Below are positions 57,625 to 64,000 of a stretch of DNA of 64,000 nt, in pieces. The translations under genes were made by a program, and so were the position numbers. Source of the DNA: an uncultured Alphaproteobacteria bacterium (lineage in GTDB: Bacteria > Pseudomonadota > Alphaproteobacteria > Rhizobiales > Xanthobacteraceae); the NCBI GenBank assembly GCA_963835165.1, contig CAWIGD010000018.1, positions 197,774-261,773 of the forward strand, written 5' to 3'. How positions within the stretch are numbered: the first letter of the stretch is position 1; every line of letters starts with the position of its first letter. The notes beneath the pieces were generated by a model. It was given only the letters and a program-made list of their open reading frames with translations, searched no databases and had not been told where the DNA came from.

Positions 57625-58526
57625 CCAACATCGCCCTGCCGAGCGAACGCCCCGCGTCCGACGCCCGGCACAATACCGGCCTTGGCGCGGCGGTGCGTCA
57701 CGCCCGCTACATTCTCGGCGAGAACGCGGTCACCGGCTTCGCCTTCGGGCTTTTCCTGCTGATCGTGCTGGCGGCGCTGGTCGGCCCTTATCTCGTCCCT
57801 TACGATCCGCTCGCCAGCGACACCGCGGCGGCGCTCAAGGGACCGTCGCTGGCGCACTGGTTCGGCACCGACCAGATTGGCCGCGACGTGTTCAGCCGCG
57901 TCGTGGTGGCGACGCGGCTCGATTTCTTCATCGCCATCGCATCGGTCGCCCTGGTCTTTCTCATGGGCGGGCTCGCCGGCGTCGCCGCCGGATTTTTCGG
58001 CGGCTGGACCGACCGAATCGTCGGCCGCATCGCCGACACCATCATGGCCTTCCCGCTGTTCGTCCTGGCCATGGGCATCGTCGCCGCGCTCGGCAACACC
58101 GTGCAGAACATCATCCTGGCGACCGCGATCGTGAACTTCCCGCTCTACGCGCGCGTCGCCCGCGCCGAGGCCAATGTCCGCCGCGAGGCCGGCTTCGTGC
58201 AGGCGGCGCGGCTCTCCGGCAACGGCGAGATGCGCATCCTGCTCGGTCAGATCCTGCCGAACATCATGCCGATCATGGTGGTGCAGATGTCGCTCACCAT
58301 GGGCTACGCCATCCTCAACGCCGCCGGCCTCTCCTTCATCGGCCTGGGCGTGCGTCCGCCCACCGCCGAATGGGGGATCATGGTGGCGGAAGGCGCGGCG
58401 TTCATGGTGTCCGGCGAGTGGTGGATCGCGTTCTTTCCCGGCGCCGCGCTCATGGTCGCGGTGTTCTGCTTCAACCTCCTCGGCGACGGGCTGCGCGACA
58501 TCGTCGATCCGCAGCGCCGCACGTGA
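57621..58526 (+). CDS. ABC transporter permease (DppC/OppC-like)
   Basis: Sequence HWFGTDQIGRDVFSRVV. ATGA overlap with the upstream permease. Confidence 0.9.
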   Translation: MTNIALPSERPASDARHNTGLGAAVRHARYILGENAVTGFAFGLFLLIVLAALVGPYLVPYDPLASDTAAALKGPSLAHWFGTDQIGRDVFSRVVVATRLDFFIAIASVALVFLMGGLAGVAAGFFGGWTDRIVGRIADTIMAFPLFVLAMGIVAALGNTVQNIILATAIVNFPLYARVARAEANVRREAGFVQAARLSGNGEMRILLGQILPNIMPIMVVQMSLTMGYAILNAAGLSFIGLGVRPPTAEWGIMVAEGAAFMVSGEWWIAFFPGAALMVAVFCFNLLGDGLRDIVDPQRRT

Positions 58527-58560
58527 TGCTGACGGCAATGCGCGACCCTCGTGCCGCGAA

Positions 58561-58675
58561 TTCGGTGAGCTCCCTCTCCCCGTCGGGGAGAGGGTTGGGG
58601 TGAGGGGGGCCGATCTATCGGGAGACCATAACCCCTCACCCCACCCCTCTCCCTATGGGAGAGGGAGCCCACCCA
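58561..58675. repeat. Composite REP-like element (three nested G/C-rich hairpins)
   Basis: CCCTCTCCCC-GTC-GGGGAGAGGG, GGGGTGAGGGG...CCCCTCACCCC and CTCTCCC-TAT-GGGAGAG. Confidence 0.75.
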
Positions 58676-58729
58676 ACATGCCAAGGATCCCGGCCTACAG
58701 AAGCGCGCACACCACTGGATACTAGCCCC

Positions 58730-60442
58730 ATGACCGAATCCGTCCCGCTTCTCGATGTCTCCGACCTTACGGTCGAGTTCTCCACCCGCCGCGGCATCGT
58801 GCGCGCGGTGCAGCATGTCAATGTGCGGATCGCCAAGGGCGAGACCGTGGGGATCGTCGGCGAGTCCGGGTCCGGCAAATCGGTCACGTCATACGCGGTG
58901 ATGCGCATCCTCGATCGCGCCGGCCGCATCGCCGAAGGCGCGGTGCATTTCACCGGCCTCGATATCCGCGCCGCCAGCGAAGACCAGATGCGCAGCCTGC
59001 GCGGGCGCGAAATGTCGATGATCTTCCAGAACCCGCGCGCGGCGCTCAACCCCATCCGCAAGGTCGGGCACCAGATCGAGGACGTGCTGGAGCAGCATTC
59101 GCAGGCGGATTCCTCGGCGGTCACGGACAAGGCGATCGAGATCCTCGACCAGGTGCGGATCGCGCGCCCGCGCGAGCGCTACCACGCCTACCCGTTCGAG
59201 CTCAGCGGCGGCATGTGCCAGCGTGTCGTGATCGCGCTGGCGCTGGCGTGCCGTCCCCAATTGCTGATCGCCGATGAGCCGACGACCGGGCTTGATGTCA
59301 CGACGCAGAAAACGGTGATGGACCTCATCGTCGAGCTCACCAAGCAGCGTGGCATGTCGACGATCCTCATCACCCACGACCTCGGACTCGCCGCGACCTA
59401 TTGCGACCGCGTAGCGGTGATGGAAAAAGGCCACGTGGTGGAGTCCGCGCTCTCGCGTCAGATTTTCACCGCGCCCTCGCATGCCTACACCCGCAAGCTG
59501 ATGCGGGCGACGCCGCGCCCCGGCGCATCGCTGCGCGATCTCCTTCCGGAGGATGACCCCGCCGCTGCGCCGGCCGCGGCTGTGCCGGTCGCGACCAACG
59601 GGAAGGCCGGCGCCCCACTGCTTGTGGTGGAGAAGCTGGTCAAGGAATATCCCCGCAAGGGCATGGCGGGCGGCTTCAAGAAGATCTTCCAGCGCAAGCC
59701 CGCGCCGGTACCCGAGGTGTTCCGCGCGGTCGACGGCATCAGCTTCGCCGTGAACCGCGGCGAGAGCGTCGGCCTGGTCGGCGAATCCGGCTGCGGCAAG
59801 TCGACCACCTCCACCATGGTGATGCGCCTGATCGACAAGACCGACGGCGTGATCATGTTCGACGGCGAGGACATCGGCGCGATCCCGGCCAAGCAGTTCG
59901 CCAGGCTGCCGATGCGCAAGCGCATCCAGATGGTGTTCCAGGACCCGACCGACAGCCTCAACCCGCGCTTCACCGCCGCGCGTGCCATCGCCGACCCGAT
60001 CCTGCGGCTGAGCGACGTGAAGGGCGGCGACGCCGTGCGCGCGCGTTGCGAGGCGCTCGCCCGCCAGGTCGGCTTGCCGGTCGAGTTGCTCGACCGCTTT
60101 CCGCATCAGCTCTCGGGCGGGCAGAAGGCGCGCGTCGGTATCGCGCGGGCGATCGCGCTCGATCCCGATCTCGTCATTTTAGACGAACCGACCGCCGCGC
60201 TCGACGTGTCGGTGCAGGCGGTCGTGCTCAATCTGCTGCAGGAGCTCAAGGATTCGCTGGGGATGTCGTATCTTTTCGTGTCCCACGACCTTAACGTGGT
60301 GCGGCTGTTGTGCGATCGTGTCATCGTCATGAACGCCGGACGCATCGTCGAGCAGGGTCCGACCGAGCAGGTCCTGGTCGCGCCCGAAGCGCAATACACC
60401 CGCGACCTCCTCGCGGCGATCCCCCATCCGACGTTTGCGTGA
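58730..60442 (+). CDS. Fused double ATP-binding protein of peptide-type ABC transporter (DppD/DppF-like)
   Basis: Two Walker A sites (GESGSGKS, GESGCGKS) and two signature motifs (LSGGMCQR, LSGGQKAR). Confidence 0.9.
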   Translation: MTESVPLLDVSDLTVEFSTRRGIVRAVQHVNVRIAKGETVGIVGESGSGKSVTSYAVMRILDRAGRIAEGAVHFTGLDIRAASEDQMRSLRGREMSMIFQNPRAALNPIRKVGHQIEDVLEQHSQADSSAVTDKAIEILDQVRIARPRERYHAYPFELSGGMCQRVVIALALACRPQLLIADEPTTGLDVTTQKTVMDLIVELTKQRGMSTILITHDLGLAATYCDRVAVMEKGHVVESALSRQIFTAPSHAYTRKLMRATPRPGASLRDLLPEDDPAAAPAAAVPVATNGKAGAPLLVVEKLVKEYPRKGMAGGFKKIFQRKPAPVPEVFRAVDGISFAVNRGESVGLVGESGCGKSTTSTMVMRLIDKTDGVIMFDGEDIGAIPAKQFARLPMRKRIQMVFQDPTDSLNPRFTAARAIADPILRLSDVKGGDAVRARCEALARQVGLPVELLDRFPHQLSGGQKARVGIARAIALDPDLVILDEPTAALDVSVQAVVLNLLQELKDSLGMSYLFVSHDLNVVRLLCDRVIVMNAGRIVEQGPTEQVLVAPEAQYTRDLLAAIPHPTFA

Positions 60443-60486
60443 CGGCGGCCAGGGACGGTGGATTTCGCCGCAAAGCTTAGGTTCCA

Positions 60487-60816
60487 ATGACGAAGCGAGC
60501 CAAATCGCCGAAGGCCAAAACAAAGATGCCGGGTGCCCGCGCGAGCAAGACCGCGCGCGGCAAATACACGCCCACCAAAAGCGCGCGCGCGAAGATCACC
60601 CATGCAAAGTCCGCGCGCGCCGACAGCACGTCGGTGTCGCGCGAGCTGCTCGATCATTTCATCGGCGCTGCCGCGCATGCGCTCGCGCTCCCGGTCGAGC
60701 CGGCGTGGAAGCCCGCGATCAGGGCCAACCTCGAGGTTACGCTGCGGCTGGCGGCTTCGTTCGCGGATTTCCCGCTGCCGGACGATGCCGAGCCAGCGCC
60801 GGTCTTCGTGGCTTAG
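60487..60816 (+). CDS. DUF4089 / AtzG-like (HpxX-like) small protein with a Lys/Ala-rich N-terminal extension
   Basis: The C-terminal 60 aa (LDHFIGAAAHALALPVEPAWKPAIRANLEVTLRLAASFADFPLPDDAEPAPVF) resemble AtzG/DUF4089. An alternative in-frame GTG start lies at 60634. Confidence 0.65.
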   Translation: MTKRAKSPKAKTKMPGARASKTARGKYTPTKSARAKITHAKSARADSTSVSRELLDHFIGAAAHALALPVEPAWKPAIRANLEVTLRLAASFADFPLPDDAEPAPVFVA

Positions 60817-60880
60817 CTACACTTCTGTGAAGAGCGCGCCGCCGTGAATTGGCATCAGCACCCGCCGCAAATTCGGTCTG

Positions 60881-60983
60881 CGCCCTCCCCCGCTTGCGGG
60901 GGAGGGGTGGGGAGGGGGCATGACTGCACGAATCATGACGCCCGCCCCCACCCTGTCCCTCCCCCGCAAGCGGGGGAGGGGAC
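60881..60983. repeat. Composite REP-like element, second copy of the 28861-28951 element
   Basis: Contains CCCTCCCCCGC-TT-GCGGGGGAGGG. Positions 60943-60983 are identical to 28911-28951. Confidence 0.8.
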
Positions 60984-61095
60984 GATGTGGCGCCGCCCAC
61001 TCCGTCATCGGACCAATCGGTCTGCGTCGGCAGACCGGAATCGCGGCGCGATCGCGGAATTGCGCGCTTTTGCCCGTCGTCCCGAGACCCGCCTG

Positions 61096-62514
61096 ATGGT
61101 CACCGCCTGGTCCCACGCGAGCGAGATCGCCGCAGCCGTCGCCGACGGCACCACCAGCGCGGCCGCGGTGGTCGACGCCGCGCTGGCACGGATCGCGACA
61201 TACGACACCGTGCTGAACGCCTTCACCGCCGTGGTCGAGGCGCGCGCGCGCGGCAAGGCCAAGGCGATCGACGCGGCGCGCGCGGCGAACCGCCCGCTCG
61301 GGCCGCTCGCCGGCGTGCCGTTCGCGGTCAAGAACCTGTTCGACGTCGCGGGCCTGCCGACGCTCGCCGGCTCCAAGATCAATCGCGACCGCGCGCCGGC
61401 GGCGCGCGACGCCACCGTGATCGCGCGCCTCGAAGCGCAGGGCGCCGTGCTGGTGGGCGCGCTCAACATGGGCGAATACGCCTACGACTTCACCGGCGAG
61501 AACGTGCATGACGGCGCCTCACGCAACCCGCATGATCCGAGCCGCATGACCGGCGGCTCTTCCGGCGGCTCCGGCGCCGCGGTCGGCGGTGGGCTCGTGC
61601 CGCTCGCGCTGGGCTCGGATACGAACGGGTCGATCAGAGTGCCGTCGTCGCTGTGCGGCGTCTTCGGCCTCAAGCCCACCTACGGCCGGCTCTCGCGCGC
61701 GCACACCTTTCCGTTCGTGGCGAGCCTCGATCATGTCGGGCCGCTCGCGCGCGGGACGCGCGATCTCGCGCTCGCCTACGACGCGATGCAGGGGCACGAC
61801 GGCGATGATCCGGTCTGCGTCGATCGTCCGGTGGAGGCGGTGACGCCATTGCTGGGCCGGGGCAGCGACGGCCTGCGCATCGCCATCGCCGGCGGCTACT
61901 TCCGCGCCGGCGCGTCGCCGGAAGCGAAGACCGCGCTCGCGCGCGTCGCCGCCGCGCTCGATGTCGCGCGCGAGATCGAGCTTCCCGAAGCGGCGCGCGC
62001 GCGTGCCGCGGCCTACGTCATTACCGCGAGCGAAGGCGCCGCGCTGCACGTCGACCGGCTGCGGACGCGTGCGCGCGATTTCGATCCCGCCGTGCGCGAC
62101 CGCTTGATCGCGGGCGCGATGATCCCCGGCTCCTACGTCACCAAGGCGCAGAAATTCCGGCGCTGGTATCGCGAGCAAATGCTCGCGCTGTTTGCGGATG
62201 TCGACGCCATCCTCGCGCCGGCGACGCCGTGCACCGCCCCCGCCATCGGCCAGCAGACCTTCATGCTTGACGGCGTCGAGCTCAATGTGCGCGCCAATCT
62301 CGGCATCTACACCCAGCCGATTTCGTTCATCGGCCTGCCGGTGGTGGCGGTGCCCGTGCCCCTTGCTCCCATGCCGATTGGAGTTCAAATCATCGCGGCG
62401 CCGTGGCGCGAGGACGTCGCGCTCCGCATCGCCCACGCGCTCGAACAGGCGGGCGTCGTCGCCGCGACCCGGCCGTCGCTCGACGGGAACAGGAAAGCGC
62501 GCGCGCGCAAATGA
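61096..62514 (+). CDS. AtzE-family amidase (amidase signature enzyme; 1-carboxybiuret hydrolase / HpxY-like)
   Basis: Sequence PLAGVPFAVKNLFDVAGLPTLAGSKI..., GGSSGGSGAAV, GSDTNGSIRVPSSLCGV. Collinear by eye with AtzE of Pseudomonas sp. ADP. The start was placed at MVTAWS. Confidence 0.85.
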   Translation: MVTAWSHASEIAAAVADGTTSAAAVVDAALARIATYDTVLNAFTAVVEARARGKAKAIDAARAANRPLGPLAGVPFAVKNLFDVAGLPTLAGSKINRDRAPAARDATVIARLEAQGAVLVGALNMGEYAYDFTGENVHDGASRNPHDPSRMTGGSSGGSGAAVGGGLVPLALGSDTNGSIRVPSSLCGVFGLKPTYGRLSRAHTFPFVASLDHVGPLARGTRDLALAYDAMQGHDGDDPVCVDRPVEAVTPLLGRGSDGLRIAIAGGYFRAGASPEAKTALARVAAALDVAREIELPEAARARAAAYVITASEGAALHVDRLRTRARDFDPAVRDRLIAGAMIPGSYVTKAQKFRRWYREQMLALFADVDAILAPATPCTAPAIGQQTFMLDGVELNVRANLGIYTQPISFIGLPVVAVPVPLAPMPIGVQIIAAPWREDVALRIAHALEQAGVVAATRPSLDGNRKARARK

Positions 62515-62540
62515 GCACAGCATTCACCACTCACCGTGAC

Positions 62541-62657
62541 CGTCACCCTGAGGTGCCCGCGTCTTCGCGGGCCTCGAAGGGCGACGGCCCGGATCTCGCC
62601 GCGAGGGAGGGGCCGTTCATCCTTCGAGGCTCGCTACGCTCGCACCTCAGGATGACG
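62541..62657. repeat. 117-bp imperfect palindromic (MITE/REP-like) element
   Basis: Outer arms CGTCACCCTGAGGTGC / GCACCTCAGGATGACG. Inner arms GCCTCGAAGGGCGACGGCC / GGCCGTTCATCCTTCGAGGC. Confidence 0.75.
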
Positions 62658-62705
62658 GTCAATGATTGGGTGCCGTTGACGTCAGCTCGCCGGAAAAGGC
62701 CGTAG

Positions 62706-63119
62706 ATGAGCGAGCCGATGGACATCGATCAACCCGATGTCGTTGCCGAGGTCACGGCGGCATTCGAGCGCTACGAGCAGGCGCTGGTGAGCAACGACGT
62801 GGCCACGCTCAATTCGCTGTTTCGCGACGATCCGCGCACCATCCGCTACGGCGGCGGCGAGAACCTTTACGGCCACGACGCGATCAAGCGCTTCCGCGCG
62901 GCCCGCTCGCCGCTCGGGCTGGCGCGTACGCGCTCGCGCACGGTCATCACCACGTACGGGCGCGACGTCGCGGTGGCCTCGACCCTGTTCCACCGTGCCG
63001 CGTCGCCGCGCAAGGTGGGCCGCCAGATGCAGACCTGGGTCCGGTTCGCGGACGGCTGGCGGATCGTGGCCGCTCACGTCAGCATGATCGACACCGACGA
63101 ACCCGCGGGGCCGGCGTGA
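62706..63119 (+). CDS. AtzH-like / HpxZ-like NTF2-fold protein (DUF3225)
   Basis: Sequence VTAAFERYEQALVSNDVATLNSLFRDDPRTIRYGGGENLYG, 137 aa, directly after the AtzE-like gene. Confidence 0.75.
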   Translation: MSEPMDIDQPDVVAEVTAAFERYEQALVSNDVATLNSLFRDDPRTIRYGGGENLYGHDAIKRFRAARSPLGLARTRSRTVITTYGRDVAVASTLFHRAASPRKVGRQMQTWVRFADGWRIVAAHVSMIDTDEPAGPA

Positions 63120-63817
63120 TGACGGTCGCCGAACACGCCACCGCGGCGAGCACGACCTCGCCGGTCGTCGGTCGCGGCCGCCGCACTTTGGCGGACGAGC
63201 TGCGCCTGGCGCTCGCCGACGATATCGTGCGCGGCCTGCTCGTCCCCGGCGCCGGCCTCGATGAGACCGAGCTCGCACGCCGCTTCGGCGTGTCGCGCAC
63301 GCCGGTGCGCGAGGCGATCCGCCAGCTCGCCGCCAGCGGCCTCGTCGAGGTGCGCGCCCATCGCGGCGCGGTGGTGGCGCGGCCGAGCGAGGAGCGCCTG
63401 CTCGGCATGTTCGAGGCGATGGCCGAGCTTGAGGCGCTGTGCGCGGGGCTCGCCGCCGAGCGCATGAGCCCGGCCGAGCGCAGGGCGCTCGAGGCCGTGC
63501 ACGAGGAGCTGCGCGCCCTCATCCAGGGCGGCGATCCGCAGCGCTACCACGAGGTCAACGAGGCCTTCCACGCCGCGATCTATGCCGGCACCCACAACGC
63601 CTATCTCGCCGAGATGACGCATGCGACGCGTTCGCGCGTGCAGCCGTTTCGCCGCGCCCAGTTCCGCAACCTCGGGCGCCTGGCAAAGTCGCACGTGGAG
63701 CACGATCGCGTCGTGCTCGCGATCCTGCGCGGCGATCGCGCCGGCGCCGCGGGCGCCATGCGCCTCCACATCATGCAGGTGCGTGAGGAATACGAGGCCT
63801 ACGCGGAGACGGTGTGA
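63119..63817 (+). CDS. GntR family (FadR subfamily) transcriptional regulator
   Basis: HTH region LDETELARRFGVSRTPVREAIRQLAASGLVEV plus an FCD-like C-terminal domain. The start overlaps the upstream stop. Confidence 0.9.
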   Translation: MTVAEHATAASTTSPVVGRGRRTLADELRLALADDIVRGLLVPGAGLDETELARRFGVSRTPVREAIRQLAASGLVEVRAHRGAVVARPSEERLLGMFEAMAELEALCAGLAAERMSPAERRALEAVHEELRALIQGGDPQRYHEVNEAFHAAIYAGTHNAYLAEMTHATRSRVQPFRRAQFRNLGRLAKSHVEHDRVVLAILRGDRAGAAGAMRLHIMQVREEYEAYAETV

Positions 63818-63890
63818 GCGCGTCGCGCGTTTGTGCCCCCGAAAAAGTTCCGATGGAACTCGCACTCATACGTTCCGCAATATTTTTGCC

Positions 63891-63930
63891 AAGGAGATGG
63901 ATGCGCGGGTCAAGCCCGCCATGAGGCGCC
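63891..63930. repeat. REP-like hairpin, GCGCGGGTCAAGCCCGC family
   Basis: GGAGATGGATGCGCGGGTCAAGCCCGCCATGAGG. Confidence 0.65.
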
Positions 63931-64000
63931 ACCGATAAGCACATTTCGGTCCCGGTGATGCGGCTGCAGCGCGAGCGTAGCAAGCGGTGCGCCGCTGTCC

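Noticed and set aside
58540-58700. Possible CRISPR array suggested by recurring G/C-rich palindromes.
   Set aside because: The repeats are dispersed singly or in inverted pairs across the window. They are not regularly spaced direct repeats with unique spacers, and no cas genes are present.
60844-61095. 84-codon N-terminal extension of the AtzE-like ORF.
   Set aside because: The extension is encoded entirely by the REP element. Collinearity with AtzE begins at MVTAWS (61096).

Overview
High-GC (about 65%) alphaproteobacterial chromosomal DNA. The gene content and the palindromic intergenic repeats suggest a Bradyrhizobium/Rhodopseudomonas/Afipia-type genome; this is inference, no search was run. 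The window is densely coding and mostly metabolic. In order it contains: (1) a translationally coupled operon of a transglutaminase, a circularly permuted ATP-grasp/alpha-E protein and a second transglutaminase (3-6491); (2) an accessory catabolic stretch (6.5-40 kb) with four orphan Bug/TctC binding proteins, TetR, amidohydrolases, a BKACE enzyme, a thiolase/DUF35 pair, a CitE-like lyase, a family III CoA-transferase, a GMC oxidoreductase, a set of cupin, amidohydrolase_2, PaaK-like ligase and split MaoC genes, and a Liv-type ABC transporter followed by an orphan CoxL-like molybdopterin subunit; (3) a 1046-aa fusion of an EndoQ-like PHP nuclease domain to a UvrD helicase (41150-44290); (4) a nitrogen-scavenging block with nasT-nasS, nrtABC plus a globin, cynS with its own NrtA-type ABC transporter, and a peptide-type ABC transporter followed by an AtzG/AtzE/AtzH-like (HpxXYZ-like) trio and GntR. 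Regulatory signals readable directly from the sequence include three sigma-54 (-24/-12) promoters, an NtrC-like palindrome, an ANTAR-type hairpin followed by an intrinsic terminator in the nrtA leader, and a perfect 14-bp palindrome next to the TetR gene. At least five families of REP-like palindromic repeats fill the operon junctions. A PEBP/YbhB gene carries two +1 frameshifts, and a MaoC hot-dog gene has no in-frame start codon. I found no rRNA, tRNA, CRISPR array, transposase or recognisable phage-defence locus. All functional calls come from motif recognition by eye; no database search was possible.
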